The notes under the pieces are model-generated. The model made no database searches. It was not told the origin of the DNA and saw only the letters and a list, made by a program, of their open reading frames with translations. A DNA stretch of 64,000 bases from Stegostoma tigrinum. Taxonomy: Eukaryota. The position numbers and the translations under genes were made by a program. Of this stretch, positions 1-11,970 are shown piece after piece. The stretch covers positions 18,187,754-18,251,753 of the forward strand of contig NC_081369.1 of the NCBI RefSeq assembly GCF_030684315.1. Direction: 5' to 3'. Numbering within the stretch: the stretch's first letter is position 1; each line of letters starts with the position of its first letter.

Positions 1-429
1 ATCATGCAGCCATGCTGACTCTGCTTGATTATTTTTCTCTGAAATGCACAATTACTTGTGTAATAATTGATTCCAACTTCTTCCAATAGACACTATTCTA
101 ACAAGCCTTCAGTAACCTTTTCATTGCGTAAACTTTCCTCAATAAATTTGATTTCCACCATTTGAAGGCCTACATTATATACAGCAAAGTTCCTCAGCTT
201 TAAACTATTAAAAGCCTTTTGCCTGCTCAAATGCATCATCCACCTCCAGAGCTAAATTAGCATATTGGATTTATTCTGTCGTTATCCTCCCCACTTTATA
301 TTCTATCCCTATCTTTCTCAAATGTCAGGAAGATTAAGGGCCCTAAAACTCCACTCTCAGAGTCATGTGGATTACCGACGTACAGGCCCAGACAGTGACT
401 CATTTGTGATTCACCCATTTTGAAAGCAA

Positions 430-1150
430 TTACAATCAGAATCACCTTTAGTGTCACGTGCACTCAAAAGGAACACAATGAAAGTTTGAAATGTCACAAC
501 TTATGATGCGTCTTAGGTACAAGATACCTAGGTCCAGATACTTAAGTATTTAGTACAAAACTGAAAGAATAAATAAAAGTCCACATAAGAATAAAACAAA
601 GAAATAAAAAAGGATTTGTATTAGTGATAATGGGAACTGCAGATGCTGGAGAATCCGAGATAACGAAGTGTGGAGCTGGATGAACACAGCAGGCTAAACA
701 GCATCTCAGGATTACAAAAGCTGACGTTTCAGGCCTAGATCCTTCATCAGAAGGCCCATCTGATGAAGGGTCTAGGCCCAAAATGTCAGCTTTTTTACTC
801 CTGAGATGCTGTTTGGCCTGCTGGGTTCATCCAGCTCCACACTTTGTTAACTTGTATTACAGTCCTTTTCACCCAAGTCCATGCCAGCACTTGGCCTCCA
901 AACCACACTGGGCAAAGTCGCCTGACCACACCAAGTTTTAAAACTCAAGGCTACATCTCCCACCCCACAACAGCCTCCAATCGGGATCCGTCTTCCCGCG
1001 CCGCCCTCCGGTTCAGGAATTGCACCTCCATTCACCTGAGAAAGTTGTTAGAAGCTTGAAAAAAGAAAAGAAAGAAAAAGAACAGGCGGGGCACAGAAGC
1101 TCCAGCTGAGCATCCTACTCTGCCACCATCTTGGACTAGAATCAGAGAAT
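430..1150 (-). mobile_element. Non-autonomous retroposon with short-repeat tail, interrupted by a Penelope palindrome
   Basis: Shares TCTTAGGTAC/GTACC blocks and tail structure with 17740-18450 and 60490-60790. Confidence 0.45.
626..850. mobile_element. Palindromic Penelope-derived short insert
   Basis: Inverted arms (about 657-751 and 759-850) around a 7-nt spacer; TTGTATTA on both sides. Confidence 0.8.
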
Positions 1151-2329
1151 CCCTGAGTGAGGGTAGTCTCTCATTCACAGATCCCACCGATACAGCACTC
1201 CAGCAGCTTAATGTGAACTCCAACTCAAACAGTTCCATCACCACAGGTCAATTAAAGATAGGCAACAAATGTCAGTCATGATAGTGAACAGGGAAATGCT
1301 ATTATCTCTAAATGCTGAATCCATCCAAAAGGATTTATTCACCTAACATTATCACAAAAAATCTGGAACCAAGACAAATTTCCTCAGAGCATCACTACAC
1401 ACATTTATGTGCATATGCTCCAAACGCAGCTTCAAATTTGAAACAGTCCATCTATTCCTTCCCATTTCATAACTCTAACTTCTGATCTTGCAAGCATCCT
1501 TTTTCATCCTTCTGAAATCTCATGCTTACACATTTGCCTATACCAAATTAAACCAAAGCCCAAAAGTAATAATTAACCTACCGGTTACAAATTTTACAGT
1601 CTAGCTAGATACTAGAGCAAAATGGTAAAGTAGTGAAACTGGTAAAAGGAAAACATATGACAAAAGTCAAAGAATTCCAGAGGAAATTACGAATATTACT
1701 AGTCAGAAAGTAGCTGATAGGTGGTAATAGGCAAATACTACCTGAAATAAAATGTAAATCTAATTAATTAAATTCACTGATAATGCCCTCATTTAACTTT
1801 TAGTTCTGAGTAGAGGAAAAAAAGGTCAAATAGTCATTTTTTTTAGAAAAATCATCAAGGAATCATTTACAGAATAAGATCAAAATGGATAAATTATTGT
1901 TCTTCGCCATTAACTATTTCTTGTCTCGACAGTTGTCTTCTAATAAGCAACGTCAGGCAACCAACCCTGAAAAAAGTCACATTATACTGAGCGGCGTAGA
2001 ACTTCCGAAGATCAAGAGGAAGCTACAACTACAGATATTTAAACATACTTCACTTATCCAAGTTTACTGTAGACTTCGGGTGAATTGTCGATAACTGGAA
2101 AAACAAAGTGCGCAAGAAAACCCCTAAGCATTAGAGTACATTCAATGCATTGTACTTTAAAATAAAACGAATTACAGATGGGAAAGTGAAAATTCAGCAA
2201 CAGCCCACGGGAGTATGAACGGCAGGCTTCTTGCAGTGATGTGATCACGCTAAAAGGAAAATAAAAGTTCTAATAAAAATCAGCAGAATCTTATTCATTT
2301 ATTTCAGCATTAAATAATTGGTTTTAAAC

Positions 2330-3330
2330 AAACGAACCGCGGGGTGGGGAGGGGGAATTGAGCGAGATAGCGATTGGCGATGAGACTGAAAAATCGGAGA
2401 GTCTAGTCTTCGATCGTCAAACAGAGGTAAGATTGTCTAAATCATTCCCTTAAACAGGACGAGTAAGAGGGCAGCATTGCAATAAGGGAAAGGGTGGGGG
2501 AATTTAAATTGAGAGCTGAGATGAGCCCAGGTTTGAACGGGGATAACTCCTAAGTCACTTTCTCCATCCGACAAACCACAGGGAAGGCGCAAGAGGCCGT
2601 TCCCTCACGTTCGTCCGGTTCTTTCAAAAGAAATTCAAACTTAATAGCGAAAAGCGCAGCGTCATTACCGCCGGCAGCCTGTTACTGGTGGCCCGCCTGT
2701 CTTTCTCGCACCTGGATCCCGGGGAGAGATCACTGCGCATAGACTCCCGACCAAGGTGCATGCCGCCATCATTTAGCCTAAAGATATCTGCCTTTTTCTT
2801 CCATTTACAGCACCCGCCCCTTAATCAAGCCAGGCCCAAAGCCCCCCTCCATCCGTTCGAGTCGACACAGCGGCCGCCTCACACCGCATTGTCATGTGCG
2901 CAGCGCACCCAATAAATCCGCCTGCACGACTCTCATTCCGGACCCTCCCCCGCTTCGCCGCCATTTCAGATCCTGACCATCAGAACGCTTCGGCGAATTA
3001 TCGAAAAGAAGGGAGGGGGAACAAACACTTACCCCCAAAGCGCCCCAAACTCCGGCTGATCGCAGTATGGCGACCAACGGCTCCAGGCCCCTCCCAGCCC
3101 CTGCGTTGGGGGGAGGGGAAGTAGGTGGAACCAAAGGGGCCGCTGCGGGAGGACGCATGCTCGTGGCGGGACGCAGCGCACTGCACCACGGTATCTGTAG
3201 TCCTGTCAAAACCTCAGAGTCGAGACTGGGTGAGTGAAGGAACTACAATATCTACAGTGCAATACAAGTGCACGTATGTGGGAGCGTTTGTAAGAAAGTG
3301 GGGGATAGATTTGGATGGTGTAAGTGTTAA
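2330..3330. promoter_or_regulatory. Bidirectional CpG-island promoter; minus-strand gene exits the window to the left (NUTF2 suspected from synteny only)
   Basis: CpG island with GC box (2813-2820) and YY1-like GCCGCCAT (about 2762 and 2957). ACTACA motifs at 3196-3201 (-) and 3242-3247 (+). Minus-strand donors GGG|GTAAGT (3033/3032) and CAG|GTGCGA (2712/2711); plus-strand donor TGG|GTGAGT (3229/3230). No NUTF2 coding sequence is visible. Confidence 0.7.
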
Positions 3331-4419
3331 GTTGGGAGTAGACTTGATTTTAACCTTTTACGTTCAAGAAATAAATATTTGGAAGCATGTAGAGTCAACC
3401 TTGTTTTTAAGCTTTTGTCCCAATCGATCCCTTTGAATTTCACCGTGCTCAACAATTCATAACCTAGTAAATACAAACTGGGGATAGTTACAGGCCTGTA
3501 TGGCATAGCAGCTAAATATTTGATGCCTTTGTATGTATTGTAGAGGACATTTGAATCTTAAATTTCCGGTATCTTTTTATTTTCACTTCGTTAAAGAATC
3601 TGTGCCGAGTTATTTTCATCAGTTTCAATCGAATAGCCTTAAAAGCAAATGAAAGCTGTTCCGTTTTATGTACTTTAAATTCAGTGCAGCTCATCCTGGT
3701 AACCCAGTGAACGTCCGAGTTGCGTATGTAAGATTTGAGGGTTTTTGTAAAGTCCCTCAGTCCAATCTTCTCCGAAAAATGCCCTCAGTGATTTCAATTT
3801 TAATGAAGTCTGTTATGTTTCAATAGCAAACTGCTGCTTGAATCATACAGAAATGGCAAGTCGCTAATTTTGAATGTGGTTTTTATATATTTTATATATG
3901 GAGAAAATGGAGGAGAATAATGGGCATCTGCAACTCAGTATAAGTCAACTTATTTAGGAGACATAGGAAGAAAGTCATACTGGAAACTGTTTTTAAAAAT
4001 TAAATGTATTGTGTTGCTGTAGTGTCAAATAAGTATATATGAATGATAAATAATGTCAGTGCAGTTTTGGTCCATATGAAAACCTTTGCCTCTGTGTTGA
4101 ATGGTTATATCGACCAAAAAATACTAAAGTGGGACATAAGGTCTTCAATATGAAAAGATTGAAATTTATATAGAGCCTTTCTTAAACCTCAGAATGACTG
4201 AAGTTATTCCCAATGATGAAGATAAACATCCCAAAGTGCTTTGACAAGTGCTATCAAGTAAACATGCTTCAATGAACCGAAGAAGAAGAAAATATTTGGG
4301 CAGGTGACCAAAGTTTTCTTCCAAAGAACTAGGCCTTAAGGGATATCTTAAAGGAGAAGAGAGTGGTATTATTGAGGTTAGTTCAATAGTTCAGGGCTTA
4401 AAGAGCTGAACGCATAGAG

Positions 4420-6050
4420 TAACAGTGTTATACAGTTCAGAAGCAGACCTGTCAGTGCAACTTGTCCGTGCCGACTAGCTATCTTAAATTAATCTAGTCC
4501 CATTTGGCCTATATCCCTCTTAAACACCTCTGAGTCCTATACCTATCCAGATGCCTTTTAAATGTTGTAATTGCAACAGCTTCCATCACCACCTCTGGCA
4601 GCTTGTTCCATACATGCACCATGGTCTGTGTGGAAAAAGTGCCCTTTAGGTCCTTTTTAAATCTTTGCCTTCTCATCTTAAAGCTATGCCTTCTAGTTTT
4701 GGACTACCCCCACCTTGGAAAAAGATCTTTGCTATTCAGTCTATCCATCCCCTTCTATAAGATCACCCTCAGCCTCCGATGCATCAGGAAAAGTAGCCCC
4801 AGCCTATGCAGCCTCTCTTTATAGCTCAAGCCCTCCAACCCTGGCAATATCCTTGGAAACACTCAAGTTTCATCACATCTTTCCTATAGTAGGGAGACCA
4901 GAATTACATGCAGTATTCTAAAGTGGCCTAAGCAATGTCCTGTGTAGCCGCTACATGACATCCCAATTTCTATACTGAATGTACTGACCTATAATGGCAA
5001 GCATACCAAAAACTTCCTTCACTACCTCCTTTAGCTGTGATTCCACTTCCAAGGATCAATGAAAGTGCAGCCCAAGGTCTCTTTGTTCGGCAAAAACCCC
5101 CAGGGCTCTACCATTAAGTGTGTTAGTCCTGTCCTGAATTTCAATTCCAAAACGCAGCACCTCATATTTACCTAAATTAAACTGCATCTGCCACTCCTCC
5201 ACCCATTTGACCAAGGCCCTGTTGTAGTCTGTGATAGCCTTTTTCACTGTCAACTATACCACCAATTTTGATGTCATCTGCAAACATAATAACCATACTT
5301 GTCATGCTCATGTGCAAATCAGTTATAAATGACAAAAGCAGTGGATCCAGCACTGGTCATTGCAGCATGTCGCTGATCACAGGTCTCCAGTCTTAAAAAC
5401 CAACCCTCCATCACCACCACCATCTAGCTCCAACCTTTGAGCCAATTTTGTATCTAAACGGCTAGCTGTCCCTAGATTCCATGTGGTCTAACCTTGCTAA
5501 CCAGCCTACCATGTGAAACCTTGTTGAACATGTTGCTGAAGTCTATATAGACAATGTCCACTGCTCTATGTTCATCAATCTTCTTTGTCACTTTGAAAAA
5601 CTAATTAGTGAGACAATTTCCCACACACAAAGCTATGTTGAATATTCCTAATCACATGTTGCCTTTCCAAGTACATGTAAATCCTGTCTCTTAAAATCCC
5701 CTCCAACAACCTACCCACCCTTTACGTCAGGCTTACTGGCCTACAATTCCCTGGCTTTTCCTTACCACTTATCTGAAATAATGACATCACATTAGGCACC
5801 CTGCAGCCTTCTAGCACCTTAGCCATGGCTGTTCATGTTCTCAGCAAGGAGCCAGCAGTTGCTTGTCTGGCTTCCCACAAAGAGTTGGGACACATCCGAT
5901 GAGGTCCTAGGGTTTTCTTCACCCTTTACGCATTTTAAGACATCCAATGTTTCCTCCTCTGTAATTTAGACACTTTTCAAGATATCACTATCTATTTCCC
6001 TAATTTCTCTATCCTCCATATCCTACTCCACAGTAAATACTAGGGCAAAA
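4420..6050 (-). mobile_element. CR1 (HER1-like) LINE, 3' part with RT
   Basis: WVEEWQMQFNLGKYEVLRFG fragment; typical shark CR1 3'UTR at the left end. Confidence 0.85.
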
Positions 6051-6054
6051 TAGT

Positions 6055-7320
6055 CCCTCTTCTGCTGCTACACTAATAGAACAGTCCTTCTTCCACTACT
6101 AGACTAGCACTATCCCTCACCTCTTCCTCCGCTACCCTGATGACTGTATCTGTGCTGCCTAATGCTCCCATGAGGAGCTTGAACAGTTCATTAACTTTAC
6201 CAACACCTTTCACCCCAATCGCAAATAAACCTGGATCATCTCCGATACCTGCTTCCCCTTCTTGGACCTCTCCACCTCCAACTCTGGTAACCATCTCAGC
6301 ATTGACATCTGTTTCAAACCCACCAGGTCTCATAGCTACCTTGATTGCACCTTCTCTCACCCATCCTCCTGCAAGAATACAATCCCTTACTCCCAATTCT
6401 TCCATCTCCACCCCATCAGCTCCCAGGATGGAGCATTGTACTCCAATTTCATTACAACTCCCAGATATCGTAGATCTCCTCCTACTTCAATGTCTGCAAC
6501 TTCCTGCCTCCGTTGATCCAAAATGCTCTCAACTGCATCTCCTGCATTTCCCGCGCTTCTCCCCTGAAACCCCCAACCCCAACAAAAATAAGGACAAAGT
6601 CCCCCGGTCCTCACATACCACCCCACCAACCTTGGCATCCAGGACATCATCTGCCACTTCTACCACCTATAATCCAACCACATCACCAAGGAGATATTTC
6701 CGCCCCCACCTTTATCTGTCTTTTATGGGGACCGCTCACTCTGCGACTCCCTCATCTGCTCCACACTCCTCACCAACCTCACTGCACCTGCCACCTTTCC
6801 CTGCAACCACAGGAGGTGTCACACTCGCACCTACGCCTCCCCCTCACCTCCATCCAATGCCCGAAATAAACTTCCCTATCTAACAGAGGTTCATCAGTAC
6901 ATCCTCCAACCTGGTCTACTGTATCCATTGCTCCCAATGTGGCCTCCTCTGCAACAGTGAGACCAAACGCAGACTTGGTGACTGATTCGCGGAGCTCTGT
7001 ACGTTATGATCAACAACACCTTCCAGTTGCTAAACATTTTATAATGCTGTCTCCCACTCCCTTGACGACATGTCCACCTGGGCCTCTTCCAGTGCCACAA
7101 AGGTGCCACACGCAAACTGGAGGAGCAAAAACACCTCATATTCCTCTTTGGGAGTCGACAGCCCGATGGTCTGAACGTAGAATTCACCGGTTTCAAAATC
7201 TCCCCATCCCCAGCCATATGCCATGTCCAACCCTCTCTCTCATCTCTGCTTTCTTGAACTGATACAACCGGCCCAGTTTCTTTTCCACCGAGTTGCCCCC
7301 ACTTTCCAACGGACAATTCC
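6055..7320 (+). mobile_element. Penelope-like element (RT C-terminus + GIY-YIG) inserted into CR1
   Basis: KPTRSHSYLDCTFSHPSSCKNTIPYSQF; DNA at 6890-6990 encodes the GIY-YIG motif TSSNLVYCIHCSQCGLL. Confidence 0.85.
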
Positions 7321-7324
7321 AACT

Positions 7325-8555
7325 TTTAGATCAGGTCTATCCTTTTCCAAAACTATTTTAAAACTAATAGAATTATGATCACTGGCCACAATGTGTTCCC
7401 ACACTGACACCTAAGTCACTTGCCCTGCCAAGTTTTGCTGCTTCTCCAGTAGGTACATCCACATACTGAATCAGAAAATTTTCTTGTACACACCTAAATT
7501 CCTCTCCAACCAAGCCCTTAACACTACGGCACTCCCAATCAATGGAAAGTTAAAATCCAATTTCATTACAACTCTAATTCTTATAGATATCTGAGATCTC
7601 CTGACAAATTTGCTTCTCAATTTCCTGCTGACAGTTGGGGGAGCTGTAATACAATCCTAATAAGATGATCATCCCTTTCTTATTTCTCCGTTCCACACAA
7701 ATAAATTCACTGGATGTTCTCCCAGAAATATCCTCCCTAAGTACAGACATAGATTTAACCCTAACCAAAACGCCACTCACCCTTCTCTCTTGATCCTCCC
7801 CTTTCTATCCTTCCTATAGCATCTATACCCTGAACATTGAGCTGCAAGTCATACCCTGCCCTGAACGATGTTTTTGTACAAGCTATGATATCCCAGTCCC
7901 ATGTTCCCGACCACATCAGGAGTTCATCTGCCTTACCTGTCAGGCCTCTTGCATTGAAATAAATGTAGTTTAATTTCTCAGTTGTATCTCATTATCTGCC
8001 TTGCCTTGACAATTTGATGTACTCCTCTTTTCAACTGTACCAACCTCAAATTTGTCTCTTTTCTCAAAATCTCTTTGGGCCTTCTCCTCCTCCTCCTCCT
8101 CCTCCTCTTCACCCCCCCCCACCCCCATTTAAAGCCTCCTGAACAGCACTAGCAAATCTCCCCACCAGTATATCAGTCCCCTCCTAGTTGGAGTGCAACC
8201 TCTCCTCCTTAAAAAGGTTGCGCCTATCCCAGAAGAGATTCCAATGATTCAAAAATGTAAATCCCTGTGCCAAATCCTCAGCCATACATTCTTTAGCTCT
8301 ATCCACCTATTTCTACTATCACTAGCATGTGGCACCAGGAGTCATACAGATATTACTACCTTCAAAGCCCTACTTTTTAACCTTCTGCTTAATTTCCTTT
8401 ATTCTCTCCTTAGAACCTCATCCCTTCTTTCCCTATGTTATTGATACCAACGCGTACAATGATCACCTGCTGGTCATTCTGCCATTTGCGAACATTCTGT
8501 GCCATCTCTGGCACATCCTTGACCCTGGCACCAGGGAGCCAACACACGCGGAATG
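7325..8555 (-). mobile_element. CR1 LINE 5' part (APE endonuclease and ORF1 esterase remnants), continuing 4420-6050
   Basis: EFICVERRNKKGMIILLGLYYSSPN (APE); VCWLPGARVKDV...VRVGINNIGK (SGNH-esterase-type ORF1). Confidence 0.8.
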
Positions 8556-9028
8556 ACTGCCAATGGTGCACCCCATAAAATTGGAAATCCACAAGAACTG
8601 GAGGAACACAGATCTTAAACAATTGTACAAGGTTCCAGAAATTGAGAGACAAAACACAGAGGATTGAACACAAGAATCAGAATTTGAAAATCCACATGAC
8701 ATCGAGGTGGCAATGAAGGCTAGTGAGCATTGAGGAAGGAGGGAGAGGGTCTGTGATGTACATTTTGGAGTTTGGGTTTCTGGTTTTTGAATCAATAACT
8801 GGTCTAAACTTTTGTGTGGCTAAAGTTAATTATTAACTTGTAAGTATTTTTATAGCCAGGGTGTGTTCTTTAAAACTGTTTTTGAAGCCTGGCCTTAAAA
8901 TTAATGGATATTGAGCACCAGTAATGGACTTTAATTGTAGATTCTTTTGCTATCCAGCCTGGTAAATAATGGGATTTCAAATTTTGTTAATCAGTTCAGG
9001 AACTTCTTTTAAGCTTAAAGGAAATGTC

Positions 9029-9440
9029 TTACTTTTTACAGTTTCTTTTAAACAAAGCATTTGCAGTTTAATTTTAATCAAATTTGATTCTTTGCTATCA
9101 TTGTATGATATGCCAGGAACAAGGGTTACCAATCTATGGAGTTTGTTAGGGGAGTCCTCATTTTCATTGTGTTTTCTGAATAAAAGCATTATGCCTTTAG
9201 TACAAATAGCCTTGATCACACAAGTATCTCTCAGGAAACTGGGAGTACTCATTTCCTTCACTACAAATTTATGGATCTTCAGAGAAGTATATCTCTTCCA
9301 ACCCAATCCTTTGACATGCTTGTGGATATTTATTGTATATTCCCTCATAATCATCTTGTTGATAATAGAACAGCCCTTCTCTTTCTCCCCACCTTTCTTA
9401 GCGGGAGCCATCTGGTCATGAAAATGTCATAAAGAGAAAG
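9029..9440 (-). pseudogene. RPL31: Processed (intronless) RPL31 retrocopy
   Basis: MAPAKKGGEKEKG...REYTINIHK...KEMSTP...RKHNENEDSPNKL..LVT is a diverged eL31 with internal deletions. Pyrimidine-start (TOP-like) 5'UTR of about 29 nt and an A-rich 3' tract. Confidence 0.92.
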
Positions 9441-9542
9441 TTTACTGCATCTAGCATTCCCAGGCGGCCTGCCAGCCAAGTATGAAACTCAGCCTGCTTA
9501 GCTTCCATGATCAGACATCTTCTGATGCGTATGGCCATAGAT
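9437..9542 (-). pseudogene. Degenerate 5S rRNA copy fused upstream of the RPL31 retrocopy
   Basis: Minus strand ATCTATGGCCATAC...GTCTGATCATGGAAGCTAAGCAGG...TACTTGGCTGGCAGGCCGCCTGGGAATGCTAGATGCAGTAAACTTT aligns by eye to vertebrate 5S rRNA, with deletions (about 106 nt versus about 120). Confidence 0.9.
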
Positions 9543-10399
9543 ACTGGCTAAAGGAAATGTCCAACTGAGAGAGACTTTTGATTTTTGAGTGGGGCAATCC
9601 TGTGAAGCTCTTGAAATAAGATGACTGATTAGAATAGTGCTCCTGAGGAGAGAATATAGAGTAAACTACGTTGCCTTAGAGTTGAGAGTTGGTGTTAGCC
9701 CCAGACAAAACCCCAAGTGGTTACTTAAAGCTGAGTATAACCAAGCTCAGGTGTACGATAACTCCAGGAAGAAGACAGTTGCAGTACCAATCTAAAAGGT
9801 GAAATCACAAATGACCTGAACCTACCAAGGTGCTAGATACAGGGACACTGGTGTGAGAATGATGAGTTGTGTGTTTTGGCAGCTGTACCAGTGATCTATT
9901 TTGGGTTCTAAACAAAAGCTGTTTTGTTTCTTTTCAATTAATAAAGGAGTTTTAGATTTAATGGGATTATACTTTACCTTAAAATCTGTGCTTATATGAA
10001 TTTGTATTCTAAGTAGATCACTTGGATTATTCTATTTTACCTTTACTAATACATTTCCATTTTATTGATGAAGCAAAATCAACAGCATTGCACACACATG
10101 TTTCAGCAAGAGATGATTTCATTAAAATCAAAACAAATCCAGATGTGATCTATCAATCTAGGTTCCAGCAATAACGACAGATGGATTCATAAAGTGACAA
10201 AGATGGAAAAGGTCATGTTGCTGATGATGGATATGTGCTCTGGGTGCTCATCAGGTGAACACCATACCAAACAATTTGATTCAGCCTTGAACAGTTGCCA
10301 GGGCAAGGAACGGAATCCCGGGTACACGACATAGTTCTTTTTTGGTGAGGATCCGATAACAACTCTTCAGTCCAACTGGTATTTTGCCAGAGAAGAATT

Positions 10400-11100
10400 T
10401 CTGCACATCCAGCACTGAATCTCATACAAGCAAAGTGAAAATCAGAGATGGTGACACCTTGTGAGAGGTGGTAGTGAGGTGAAGCTGGGCATCAGCGTAC
10501 ATGTCACTGAGAAATTGCAGGTAAATGGGAAGTCAAAGGTAGCCGAAAATACATCATTTTGATACTTTTAAAACTGTAAGGAAGCAAAAGACAAGCTATT
10601 ATCAATGATTTCCTGGCTATGATTAGTTAAATCGGAATGTAACCAGGCAAGGCCAGTCCTGCAAAGCTTGACAGTAGTCAGGTGATGCTAGAGGAAGATG
10701 CCATGTTCAACAATGTCAAAAGCTGCAGACAGGTCAGGAAAGATGACAAGGAATAGTTATGGCAGTCACAGTTATATTGTATGTAATGTATGACTTCTTT
10801 CTGAACTATTTAGTAATGTGGACAGGTGGAAACCTAACTGTCGGAAATTAAGAATGGAAAGATGGCAGATTTGGGAGGTGAAAATGAAGTCAAGCACCTT
10901 GGATAGTAAAGGGAGGTTGGAGATGAAGCAGTATTTAGTGAGTGCAGAACAGTTAAGGATAAGATTGTTTTGAAGAGGAGTTGATGGCAGATATGAGGGA
11001 AAAGAGGTGGTTCATGAAAAGAGGGAACTGTTAACAATATCAGTTCACACAGAAATGAAGAAAGGAAATTGCCGTGTCAAAAGGTTGTCAAGGAAAGGAA
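10400..11100 (-). mobile_element. Old L2-type LINE fragment
   Basis: Decayed RT segment (DLSAAFDIVEHGIFL on minus strand near 10690-10740). Confidence 0.55.
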
Positions 11101-11399
11101 ATTTAAATACAACATTTCGCATTATTTTGTTTGTTCATGGAATATGGGTGTCACTGCTATGACATTGCCTATCCAAAAAATCCCTTGAGAAAGTCCATCT
11201 AGCATCGCGACACCAACATTGCTGTTGGGGTCGGATTTTCAGGATTTTGAACCAGTGGCAATCAAGAAATTATGAAATAACAATTTGCTGTATTACTCCA
11301 AGAGGAACTTAGACATGGTGATGATATTGGTCACATGCACTGCTGTTCTTCTAATTGGAATGTAGAGGTTTGGAAGTTGTTGTTGCAAGAGTTTAGGTT

Positions 11400-11970
11400 T
11401 CAAAGGATTAAATTCTACCACTTATACCACCTCTTGCAGGATATTACCACCAAATACAGCTTCCTCTCCCCTCCACTGTGACCATTCTACAGGGACCATT
11501 CCTTCTGCGATATCCTGATGCATTCCACCATCATTCCTAATACTTCTTCACTCCCCCATGGCACCTTCTCATGCCATCGCGGAGCATGTAACACTTGCCC
11601 ATTGACCTCCTCCTTCCTTACCATCCAAGATCCCAAAGAGAATTTCCAGGCAAAGCACTGTATTACTTACAGTAGTCTACATTGTTATAAGTGTATTAGC
11701 TGCTCACAATGTGGTCTCCTTTACATTGACAAGACCAAATGCAGACTAAGAGAACATTTGCAGTATACTTCCATTCTGGCTGTAGGAATGACTCCACTCT
11801 ACCAATTGCTTGCCACTTCAGTAAACTATCTTGTCCCCAGGCTAATATTACTGTCCTGGGCCTGCTACAGTGTTTCTGTGAAGCACAATGCAAGCTTGAG
11901 GAGCAGCATTTAATTTTCCACTTAGGTACTTTACAGACTCCGCAACTTCAGAGCATAACCTTGTCTGAAT
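11400..11970 (+). mobile_element. Decayed Penelope-like GIY-YIG fragment
   Basis: CISCSQCGLLYIDKTKCRLREHL; CKLEEQHLIFHLGTLQ. Confidence 0.75.

Noticed and set aside
2894-3436. Short ORFs across the left CpG island
   Set aside because: Typical CpG-island open frames without homology; better explained as promoter and 5'UTR.
6140-6883. 247-aa Pro/Ser/Thr-rich ORF resembling a mucin
   Set aside because: Off-frame reading of a C-rich Penelope strand; the same effect appears at 39837-40555 and 14116-14733.
8085-8127. (CCT)n and poly-C tract
   Set aside because: Simple repeat within a CR1 inter-ORF region; unremarkable.
9437-9542. Functional 5S rRNA gene
   Set aside because: Single copy with deletions and CpG decay, not in a tandem array, and embedded in a retrocopy.
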